From the NCBI GenBank assembly GCA_016699935.1, contig CP064992.1:120001-152000 (forward strand): a DNA stretch of 32,000 nucleotides, read 5' to 3'. Below are positions 1 to 7,910 of this stretch, piece after piece. The position numbers were made by a program, and so were the translations under genes. This stretch comes from Candidatus Saccharimonadota bacterium. Its GTDB lineage: Bacteria; Patescibacteriota; Saccharimonadia; Saccharimonadales; UBA4665. Each line of letters begins with the position of its first letter. Position 1 is the first letter of the stretch. Below the pieces are notes generated by a model that saw nothing but the letters and a program-made list of their open reading frames with translations, was not told the origin of the DNA and searched no databases.

Positions 1-440
1 TGCGGCCATAGGCCGCTAATTATTTATCGCGCGAGCGATTCAGCTAAGACGAGCATGCGGAGTCACCCGGCTACCATGTTGCCCAGGCTTTGCAACTTCC
101 GTCAGGCGGCAAAACTTGTTTGAGTGAAAGGTAGGTTGCCAGTGGCAACCTACCTGGAGCGAGTTGTTTTGTCGGTTGCAAAACTGACAACCTGGTACCG
201 ATTGACGGAGCTCTGCTCTTGATCTTTGCCCAGCTTTGCATCAAGGCAAAGCTGGTCGGCTGGCAGTCCGAGAACTGCCGAGTGAGTAAGGCTAGGTGAG
301 ATTTTCAGGTGTAATGAGCGCATAGTCGCTGGAGCTAGCGTATGGATTCCCGCCTGCGCGGGAATGACAAGCGCAAGGGAAACAAGCTAGCTGTGTTATT
401 CTCAGGTATAATTCAGGTATGACTACTACACTGGAGCTAT
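1..440. repeat. ORF-free region packed with unrelated short hairpins (REP-like hairpin array or structured leader)
   Basis: Stems read directly: 2-16 (6 bp), 26-39 (5 bp, GCGA loop), 129-155 (12 bp perfect), 169-190 (9 bp, GCAA loop), 230-255 (10 bp perfect), 262-279 (6 bp). Also 346-365 (8 bp) nested inside 333-339/386-392 (7 bp), and a long-range 98-104/203-209 (7 bp). No ORF in the track. Confidence 0.6.
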
Positions 441-441
441 T

Positions 442-1194
442 ATGAGACTACTTCTCGTCGAAGATGAACCAAAAATCGCCCGTGCTATCAAAATGGGTCT
501 GGAGCAAGAACGCTCTACGGTAGAGGTTTACCACGACGGTCCGAGCGGTCTTGCCGCAGCACTGGGAGATGACTACGACGCCATTATCCTCGACCGCATG
601 CTGCCCGGCGGCATGGACGGCCTCGAAATATGTGAAAAAATCCGTGAAAATAGCGTGAAAACACCGGTGCTCATGCTGACGGCTAAAGGACAAGTCCGCG
701 ACCGCGTCAATGGACTCAATGCCGGAGCCGATGACTACCTGGTCAAACCATTTTCGTTTGAGGAACTGCTCGCCCGCCTGCGCGCCCTGACTCGCCGACC
801 TCATGAGGTTAAAAGCACCATGCTCACTGCTGGCGACCTTAGCCTCGACCCTGTCACGTACGACGTCCGCCGCGCCGGCAAACCCATCGCCCTTTCCCAG
901 ACCGAATATTCACTGCTCGAGTACCTCCTGCGCAACAAAGACCGGGTCTTAAGCAAAGACAACATCATCAACCACGTCTGGGACTTTGATGCCGATATTT
1001 TGCCCAACACTGTCGAGGCATACATTGGCTATCTGCGTAATAAAATAGACAAACCGTATCCCAAAAGACCACGCATTCACACGGTGAGGGGCTTTGGCTA
1101 CAAACTAGGGAAATTGACCAAAAATGAAGCACTTATTTCACTCGGCCACCTTACGTCTGACGGCATGGTACACACTCATTCTCCTCCTCATTAG
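442..1194 (+). CDS. OmpR/PhoB-family response regulator (receiver + winged-helix)
   Basis: 250-aa ORF. Receiver motifs are LLVEDE, DAIILDRMLPGMDG and LMLTAKG. The winged-helix end is HTVRGFGYKLG. The last ~25 codons overlap the kinase start at 1124 and look like read-through of a lost or shifted stop. Confidence 0.9.
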   Translation: MRLLLVEDEPKIARAIKMGLEQERSTVEVYHDGPSGLAAALGDDYDAIILDRMLPGGMDGLEICEKIRENSVKTPVLMLTAKGQVRDRVNGLNAGADDYLVKPFSFEELLARLRALTRRPHEVKSTMLTAGDLSLDPVTYDVRRAGKPIALSQTEYSLLEYLLRNKDRVLSKDNIINHVWDFDADILPNTVEAYIGYLRNKIDKPYPKRPRIHTVRGFGYKLGKLTKNEALISLGHLTSDGMVHTHSPPH

Positions 1195-2118
1195 CCTACT
1201 TTTTAGTGTGATTGTTTTCAAATCGCAACTACCGAATTTCAGCGAGGTTTTGGCCCGGGCCATCTACAAAAACAGCAACTATTTACCGAGAGTGACTTGC
1301 TAGAAGAATGGCGAGAAGAACGGCTGAACAAAACCAAGTCGAATCTTGTCGGTCAACTGATGCTTTTAACGGAGTAGTTTTGGCATCGGGTGCTGTATGT
1401 AGTTACCTACTAGCCAGACGAACGCTACGACCTGTCGAGGAAGCTATGGAAGCACAGTCGCGGTTCAGTAGTGATGCTGCCCATGAACTGCGTACCCCAC
1501 TGACCATCATGCAGTCTGAAATAGAAGTCGGGTTGCGCGATAAAAAAGCAACCAAACAGTCACATAACGAGCTCCTAGCAAGTAGCCTCGACGAGGTGCA
1601 GCGCATGCGTACGCTAACAGATCGCTTGCTACTGCTGGCCAACAACCATGATATGACCCTCCTGCCGACTAATCTAGAAAATGCTGCTATCGAAGCCGTA
1701 AATCATGCCATACCCTTTGGCTCAGGCAAAAAGATTCGTATCGAGAATAGCGTAGGCACTTTGCAAGTTATCGGGAACGCTGATAGCCTCATTGATGTAC
1801 TAGTTATACTGCTAGACAATGCCGTCAAATACAGCCCGGCGAAGTCTACCATCACTCTTTCGGCTAGCGCTAAAGGGCAAACACGCCGAGATGCGAATAA
1901 CTGATAGCGGCGTGGGAATAGCCCCGTCTGATTTACCACATATTTTCGACCGTTTTTACCGGGCAGATGCTTCACGCAGCGCCCAAAACATCGCCGGGCA
2001 TGGCCTGGGCCTATCTATCGCCAAACAAATAGTCACCGCTCACCATGGCCATATCAGTGCGCGACCAAACCATTCTGGCAAAGGCACCACTTTTACCCTC
2101 ACCCTCCCTCTGGCGTGA
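1124..2118 (+). CDS. Sensor histidine kinase, frame-interrupted (at least 3 frame changes)
   Basis: ATG 1124 gives MKHLFHSATLRLTAWYTLILLLISLLFS (TM) up to TAG 1301. Then come frames with LLEEWREERLNKTKSNLVGQLMLL, the H-box SSDAAHELRTPLT (ORF 1308-1904), and the HATPase_c end RFYRAD...[13 protein letters not shown]...[11 protein letters not shown] (ORF 1819-2118). Confidence 0.85.
1996..2108 (+). repeat. Direct repeat copy 1 (3' end of the histidine kinase gene)
   Basis: 113 nt, 109/113 identical to 3673-3785 by my manual alignment. Confidence 0.9.
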
Positions 2119-2130
2119 TACAATCGACTT

Positions 2131-3522
2131 ATGGATAAACACAAAAAGCGCGTCGACGGCCTATCAGAGCAAGTCAACTCGTTTTACGAGCAAAAAAAGC
2201 CATTCAAAATCTATCATGGCAGTACTAACTCCACGCGAGTCCAAGTCTTCAAACGAAATGAAATGCTCGACACAAGTGGCTTAAATCATGTGCTAAAGAT
2301 TGATCAAGCTAAAATGACCGCCCTAATAGAGCCAAATGTCCCCATGGACAAACTAGTTAAGGCAACACTGAAGTACGGCCTCATCCCACCTGTAGTCATG
2401 GAGTTCCCTGGTATCACTGCGGGAGGCGGGGTTCAGGGGGGGGCGGGTGAAAGCAGCTCTTATAAATGGGGATGTTTTCATCAAATTTGTAATGAATATG
2501 AAATGGTCATCGGTGATGGTACAATCGTGACTTGCAACCCACAGGAAAATAGCGACCTGTTTTACGGAACGGCCGGTTCGTATGGAACACTCGGCGTTAT
2601 GACTGCTGTTGAATTACGTCTCATCCCGGCAAAAAAATATGTACAACTAACCTATTTTCCAGTCAAAAGCTTCGATGCGGCAGTTAACCGTATGCAAAAA
2701 GAAGTGGCCAATAAACCCGATTTTATCGATGGCATCATGTTCGCCCGTGACCGTGGCGTCATCATGGTCGGTAAACTTAGCAATGAAAAGAATGGCCAAC
2801 TGACACGATTTAGTCGAGCTCGTGACGAGTGGTTTTCCCTAGATGCTGATAAAGAATCTCGAGGTGATGTCTTTAACAAAACAATTCCACTCTCCGACTA
2901 CCTTTTCCGCTACGATCGAGGTGCTTTTTGGGTCGGAAAGTATGCCTTCAAAGTATTCAATATTCCTTTTACAAAATTTTGGCGAACATCGCTGAACTGG
3001 TTGCTGCATACACGCAAACTCTATGAAGCTCTTCAAGAAAGTGGTATATCCCAGCATCATGTAGTGCAGGACTTGGCTCTACCCGTAGAGACTGCGGTGG
3101 AATTCATGAGCTTCGTTGACGATAACCTTGGCATATACCCCTATGGCTCTGTCCCCTCAAAACAGATAAGTCGTCGCCCTTCATTTCAAGTAATTTACTT
3201 GCACCGCTTGTTATCAACGTAGGTGTATGGGGTGAGTTTATTCCTGATTATGATGATTTTTTAAGAATAAATCGTTCAATTGAAACAAACTTGACCCGTA
3301 TGGGAGGCAAAAGTGGTTTTATGCTCACGCATACTACCCAGAGGAAGAATTCTGGAAAATATATCCAAAGAACCAGTACAAACTCCTCCGTAAAAATACA
3401 AATCGTTCTACCAGCCATCTATATATGACAAAGTTCGCGTCACGGATCGCTTTACCGTCGATACACACCGCGGATTATGGCGTACCATGCTTCGTACTTC
3501 CCGGCTTAGGATTGAGCCATGA
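2131..3522 (+). CDS. DHCR24/DWF1-like FAD-binding oxidoreductase (PCMH-type), frame-interrupted near the 3' end
   Basis: ORF 2131-3222 contains GESSSYKWGCFHQICNEYEMVIGDGTIVTCNPQENSDLFYG...GTLGVMTAVELRLIPAKKYV and HHVVQDLALPV. These closely parallel delta24-sterol-reductase family motifs. The C-terminus (INVGVWGEF..., EEFWKIYPKNQYKLLRKKY, IYDKVRV...RLRIEP) continues in other frames to TGA 3520-3522. Confidence 0.8.
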
Positions 3523-3795
3523 CCTGGCAAATGTATATTGCCGTTGCCGTGTTGGGGCTTTCGGTGGCGATTCTACGTCAGCGTGTTATATTACATCATC
3601 ACCGGTCGACACTGCCAAACAATCAGCGGAGCAAATGATACCAAAAACAGGCTGTCAAAATGTTTTAGAAACGGGCATGGCCTGGGACTATCCATCGCTA
3701 AACAAATAGTCACCGCTCACCATGGCCATATCAGTGCGCGACCAAACCTTTCTGGCAAAGGCACCACTTTTACCCTCACCCTCCCCTCGCCTAAC
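3519..3795 (+). pseudogene. Histidine-kinase remnant: a short TM-like start fused to a duplicated HATPase_c tail (contains repeat copy 2, 3673-3785)
   Basis: ATG 3519 overlaps the upstream stop (ATGA) and encodes [22 protein letters not shown]. 3673-3785 encodes [38 protein letters not shown], nearly identical to the end of the kinase at 1124-2118. No H-box or the rest of the catalytic domain lies between them. Confidence 0.7.
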
Positions 3796-3847
3796 GCAGT
3801 TTTCCGTACCAGCCCGCATACTAGTTGCAGCATGCTATGATACCCGC

Positions 3848-4663
3848 ATGACAAAACCGGGTAAAAATGGCGCTTTACAGGAATCGAGCAAATCCCAGGC
3901 GGATGGCTGCTCGCTTTCGTCATCAAACTAGGCTGGGCAGCCATATTCGGCGGACTCATGCTGGGGGCAATTATTCTCACCAAGTATGTTGAGCTGCCGT
4001 TGTTCGCTCGTTATGACTGGCTCTTTCTGTTTGCGGTTTTCATACAGCTCGCGCTGGTAGCGACCAAGCTTGAGAAACCGCATGAAGTAGTAACTATCCT
4101 TGTTTTTCACTTTGTGGGCTTAGGTATGGAATTGTTTAAAACATCACCTGGCATTGGCTCGTGGGATTACCCGGAAGTTGCTGTGTTTAAGATTGCTACA
4201 GTGCCCCTGTATTCGGGGTTTATGTATGCCGCTGTCGGTAGTTTTATCGCCCGCGCTTGGCGGGTACTGAACCTTGAGTATCGCCCATACCCAAAACGCC
4301 TTTATACCATCCTGCTGGCGGTGGCAATTTTATCTGAACTTTTTCACGCACCACTACGCCTACGACATTCGCTGGCTGCTGTTCGGCGCAACGGTTATGC
4401 TATATGGTCGCACCTGGACCTACTACACAGTGCACACCGTCGAACGACGCATTCCGTTTATCGTCACCGCCTTTTTGTCGGCGTTTTTTGTGTGGGTGGC
4501 CGAAAATATCGGTACGTTCACTAAAAGCTGGCTGTATCCTAATCAGGCAAATGAATGGCAGCTTGTCTCCATACACAAACTCGGCGCTTGGCTCCTCCTC
4601 ATGCTGATTAGCTTCATCATGATTGACCTCCTCCACTACTGCCGTACCCGCCGCAAAACTTAA
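3848..4663 (+). CDS. DUF817-family integral membrane protein, frame-interrupted
   Basis: Joined from the ATG 3848 start plus ORFs 3958-4524 and 4274-4663. These are hydrophobic multi-TM sequences (GWAAIFGGLMLGAIILTKY..., FVWVAENIGTFTKSWLYPNQ). The first shift maps to the A5 run at 3863-3867. Confidence 0.7.
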
Positions 4664-4751
4664 TTGAACAAACAAAAGAAGTCCATCACCTTCGTAACGA
4701 CTTCCTTTCGCTCGCCTTAAGACTGATTGTCTGATAAAATACGACCACTGC

Positions 4752-4828
4752 GCGCCCTTAGCTCAGCGGATTAGAGCGTCTGTCTTCGGAACAGAAGGTC
4801 GTAGGTTCGAATCCTGCAGGGCGTACCA
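4752..4828 (+). tRNA. tRNA-Arg (anticodon UCG), CCA encoded
   Basis: Manual cloverleaf. Acceptor GCGCCCT/AGGGCGT (G1-U72). D arm GCTC-AGCGGATTA-GAGC. Anticodon arm TCTGT-CTTCGGA-ACAGA (TCG at 34-36). T arm GTAGG-TTCGAAT-CCTGC. Then A-CCA. Confidence 0.95.
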
Positions 4829-4937
4829 TGTAAGATGCTCACCGCAAGGTGGGCATTTTGCATGGTTCGTGCAGTAGATTTAAGCCGGAGACCTGACAGC
4901 GTAAGCTGTTAGAAGTCTTCGAATCCTGCAGGGCGTA
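4823..4937. repeat. Left direct repeat of the island (starts in the tRNA 3' end, ends in a second copy of the tRNA T-loop/acceptor 3' strand)
   Basis: About 115 nt matching 9185-9301, with 3 substitutions and one 2-nt indel. 4918-4941 repeats 4806-4829 (ttcgaatcctgcagggcgtaccat) exactly. It contains hairpins 4835-4856 and 4887-4920 (14 bp with a 2-nt bulge, GTAA loop). Confidence 0.9.
4835..4860 (+). terminator. Rho-independent terminator-like hairpin after tRNA-Arg
   Basis: atgctcacc-GCAA-ggtgggcat (9 bp including one G-U), followed by tttt. Confidence 0.6.
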
Positions 4938-5460
4938 CCATTTCCCAGTTTTTGATAATGCGATGACCGCTTCAAACGGTTCCTTAAGTGTAAATTGCAG
5001 TTTTCACCGTCTAAAGTAGCGCTCGAAAGTATGAAGTCGATAAGGTAGCGTTTTTGCTCTAGTTTCGTACACTCAATGTCAAATAGTTCAACAGCACGGC
5101 TACATACGTCCAGCAAGTAGCTAGCACCAATAACAAATGACTTATCACCCGCACTGTGGTCATGCAAGTCATCAAGTAATTCTTTCTGACGCTTTTCAAT
5201 CTTTTTGACCATACGTTCAAATATTTCATAGCGGGATTTGAATTGCTTGCAGTCTTTGAATAAGTGCTCTAGTTCCTCATATAGCACGTCGAATTTTTCT
5301 GTAGGCGTGTTTTAGTATCAGTATAACGTTCTTGTTCAATGGCACGGTTCTTTTCAATTTCAATTACTAGGCTAGGTATTAGTTTCGTAGGTAGCTGGAT
5401 TGACTTTCATAACTGACGTATCTGGTTAATCAGGGTTTCTTCGTCGAGCCATACGGCACT
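4880..5460 (-). pseudogene. C-terminal fragment of a large serine recombinase-like integrase (decayed)
   Basis: ORF 4880-5287 reads ...SYLLDVCSRAVELFDIECTKLEQKRYLIDFILSSATLDGENCNLHL. The upstream frame reads VWLDEETLINQIRQL-TGA-KSIQLPTKL...IEIEKNRAIEQERYTDTKTRLQK. From memory this resembles the coiled-coil and C-terminal region of large serine recombinases. There is an in-frame TGA at 5407-5409 and a frame change at an A5 run near 5290, and no N-terminal catalytic domain was found. The 3' end abuts the tRNA-derived core repeat. Confidence 0.45.
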
Positions 5461-5948
5461 AAAGATGAGCCCGGCCGCTTACGCTGCCCAGCTCAGACGG
5501 AGCCCAAAGAGAATAGAAAGAGTGTTGCAGAAAGTTAGAGGTTGACGTTAGTGATAGTTGTAAATTTTCGAGAATTTCGAGGTCTACTTACTACAAGTAT
5601 CTAAAGACCGAACCACTGTTCGCAGATAGCATGGTTACCACACAGGACAACGCTAACAAGGTAAGTTTTAATTTTCGTACATATCCCTAGCTCAACTACT
5701 TTCCGTGTACATGATTTCACTAGAAGTGGTGTCAGATAAATGGCGTTAAAGGGTCAAAATCTGGGGAAAATTATATACAACGATGCTCATGACAAGAATT
5801 AGCATTTAGATGAATGGGTTTTATTTGCCTCTAGAAGATCGGAGAGGGGTCTAAATAGCGTTCCACGGCAGGAGTTGATAATGTTCTCATTACCTCTGTT
5901 CAAAGTAAAAGATTAGTCGATATTACTGTAGTATTATATACAATGTAC

Positions 5949-5977
5949 TTTACATAATGTGTGACATTGTGTAATAT
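5949..5977 (+). promoter_or_regulatory. Sigma70-like promoter upstream of the structured RNA and rsr operon
   Basis: TTTACA (5949-5954), 17-nt spacer, TAATAT (5972-5977). Predicted start is near 5984-5986. Confidence 0.5.
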
Positions 5978-5986
5978 AGCGTTGGG

Positions 5987-6047
5987 TAGTGAGAGATTGG
6001 ACTTCTTCGTTCTGAAAGCAAAAGCCGATCTCGCCTTTCTCCCACTA
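5987..6047 (+). other. Structured leader domain A (long-range stem)
   Basis: 5987-5996 (tagtgagaga) pairs with 6038-6047 (tctcccacta): 9 of 10 positions, with one A/C mismatch. Confidence 0.4.
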
Positions 6048-6050
6048 GTT

Positions 6051-6190
6051 CGTTAACAATGTTAGGACACAGTGATGATAGAACTTCCTCGTCTGTTAAA
6101 CGAGTGTTGGCCTTTTGGCCACACTGCTCTTGAGCCATTGCGGCTCAAGGGTTTGTTCTCTCAAGGTTTCTTGTCCTAACATTGTCAACG
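6051..6190 (+). ncRNA. Candidate Y-RNA-like structured RNA (long closing helix plus four-way junction) immediately upstream of rsr
   Basis: Closing helix 6051-6069/6172-6190: 18 Watson-Crick pairs and one A55/C86 mismatch. Internal loop, then stem 6076-6084/6155-6163 (8 of 9). This encloses three hairpins: 6088-6104 (5 bp, 7-nt loop ctgttaa), 6105-6123 (7 bp with a bulge, tttt loop), and 6127-6151 (10 bp including one G-U, 5-nt loop). Strand is uncertain (see findings). Confidence 0.55.
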
Positions 6191-6230
6191 AAAGTGGAGC
6201 TGCCCTCTAATTAATTTACACGGAGGAGTT

Positions 6231-7654
6231 ATGTCTCTTTTCAACAAATCAACTAAATCTAATGTTACTAACTTGGCTGGCGGTAGTGCTTATAAGCAGT
6301 CGCCTGAGAACACCTTAGTATCCATACTTTTAACCAACTTCTTAAAGAATCAGACTTACCGTTCCGGCACTGATGAACTGAAGTCGTTAAAAGATACAAT
6401 AGCGCAGAACGATCCATTGTTTGCAGCTAAAGCAGGTGTGTACGCTCGTAATGAGTTTGGAATGAGGTCCGTAAGTCATGTGCTTGCAGGTGAGCTTGCT
6501 CATATTGTTAAGGGCGAGGCATGGTCTAAGCAGTTCTACGATAAGGTAGTACATCGTCCTGATGACATTACCGAAATTGTTGCTTACTACATGCAAGAGT
6601 ATGGCAAGCCATTACCTAATTCACTTAAAAGGGCTTAGCAAAGTCTTTCGATAAGTTTGATGCCTATCAGCTTGCTAAATATCGAGGCAAGACCAATAAG
6701 ATTTCACTTGTTGACGTTGTCAATTTGGTTCGACCGCGACCAAGCGAGAAAAATAGCGATGCCCTCAAAGCTCTGGTTAATGACGAGTTACGTTCTGAGA
6801 ACACTTGGGAAGCGCGGATTTCTGCTGCTGGTCAAGATACTGAAAAGCGTCGCCTGGTATGGAAAGACCTGCTTGAGACAAACAAATTAGGTTACTTTGC
6901 CTTACTACGCAACCTGCGTAACATCATGACCGATGCACCAGACATGGTAGCTCTAGTGTGCGAGCAGCTGGTAGATGAAAAGCGAATTAAAGGCTCACTC
7001 GTTTTACCTTTCCGCTTTACTTCAGCCATTAAGGAAATCTCTCAGATACCTGAGTCACGCGACGTTATTTCTGCTCTATCTAAGGCTGTCGATATTTCAG
7101 CTCAGAATTGTCCAGAGTTGGACGGCTCAACACTAATTGCTGTAGATACGTCAGGCTCGATGTCTGGTCGTCCATCAGAAATTGCAACTTTGTTTGCAGC
7201 CATGCTGTATAAGAAGAATAGTAAAGCAGACCTGCTACTATTCGACACAGAGTCGCATCCTCTGACACCTAACCCTAACGACTCAGTGATGTCAATTGCA
7301 CAGTCGATGCCATTCCACGGTGGCGGTACAGATTTCAACATCATCTTCGACTACGCACAGAAAGCCTACGATCGAATCATCATACTATCAGACATGCAAG
7401 CATGGTCTGATCAGGGTATGTATGGTTGGTCACAAGGTGGTGGCAATCCTAAGGCTGCATTAGCTGCTTACCGTGACCGTACGGGAGCCGAACCTAAAAT
7501 CTACTCGTTTGATTTACAGGGTTACGGTACGCTTGAGTTTCCTGAGAAGAATGTCTACAGCCTTGCTGGATTTTCTGATAAGGTATTCGACCTCATCAAA
7601 ATTCTCGAAACTGGTAAGAGTATGGTTGACGTTATCAACCAAGTGGAGCTTTAA
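6231..7654 (+). CDS. rsr: Ro60-related protein (TROVE domain plus vWA/MIDAS), single frame interruption
   Basis: ORFs 6231-6638 and 6725-7654 join as ...PLPNSLK / KGLAKSFDKFDAYQLAKYRGKTNKISLVDVVNLVRPRP across the A4/G3 run at 6625-6632. TROVE-like N-terminus: NLAGGSAYK, DPLFAAKAGVYARNEFGMR. vWA MIDAS: LIAVDTSGSMSG. RBS ggagg at 6221-6225. Confidence 0.9.
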
Positions 7655-7657
7655 GTC

Positions 7658-7891
7658 ATGAAGCGAGTGACATTCTATTTAGATGACGATGAATATCGAC
7701 AACTGAAGATCGTACTCGCTATTCATGGCATGAGTGCAAGTGAATGGCTACGTCATGAAATATCACGATATGTTCGTGGTTCAATGCCAAACCTACCCGT
7801 TGATCAACTAGCACGAATGCCACGCATACCCAAAAAACAAAATCGCCCTGTTAAGCCTGATGACTTTGACGAAGACGTTGATTTACAATAG
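7658..7891 (+). CDS. Ribbon-helix-helix (CopG/Arc-like) small DNA-binding protein
   Basis: 77 aa. KRVTFYLDDDEYRQLKIVLAIHGMSASEWLRHEISRYV fits the beta-strand/helix/helix pattern. It starts 3 nt after the rsr stop and ends 19 nt before the rtcB ATG. Confidence 0.7.
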   Translation: MKRVTFYLDDDEYRQLKIVLAIHGMSASEWLRHEISRYVRGSMPNLPVDQLARMPRIPKKQNRPVKPDDFDEDVDLQ

Positions 7892-7910
7892 AACTTGAGG
7901 ATAAATTAAT

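Noticed and set aside
1-440. Possible CRISPR array because of many regularly spaced palindromes.
   Set aside because: The stems are all different sequences. There is no repeated unit of fixed length and no spacer periodicity.
1118-1194. C-terminal tail of the response regulator as a real domain.
   Set aside because: It overlaps the kinase start in another frame. OmpR-family proteins end shortly after the GYKL motif, so this is probably a lost or shifted stop.
4829-4941. The repeat unit downstream of tRNA-Arg as a functional tRNA-like or YrlA-type RNA, because it ends in TTCGAAT-CCTGC-AGGGCGT-A-CCA.
   Set aside because: There is no complementary 5' T-stem strand (aagtc or cattc precede the loop) and no 5' acceptor strand anywhere in the unit. 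It is better explained as a duplicated tRNA 3' end at an integration junction.
5407-5409. UGA recoding (alternative genetic code), suggested by the in-frame TGA in the recombinase fragment.
   Set aside because: This is a single instance. Intact genes here end in TGA, TAA and TAG, and no conserved protein in the window needs TGA read-through.
5950-6138. 62-aa minus-strand ORF.
   Set aside because: It lies entirely on the paired helices of the structured region, has no RBS, and its composition is dictated by the stems.
6076-6163. The four-way junction as a genuine tRNA gene.
   Set aside because: Arm order and sizes do not fit a cloverleaf: the anticodon-like arm is in the first position, followed by stems of 7 and 10 bp. 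There is no T-loop or D-loop consensus and no discriminator or CCA context.
6625-6632. Programmed ribosomal frameshift in rsr.
   Set aside because: There is no canonical slippery heptamer or downstream stimulatory structure. The same kind of mononucleotide-run break affects many unrelated genes in the window.
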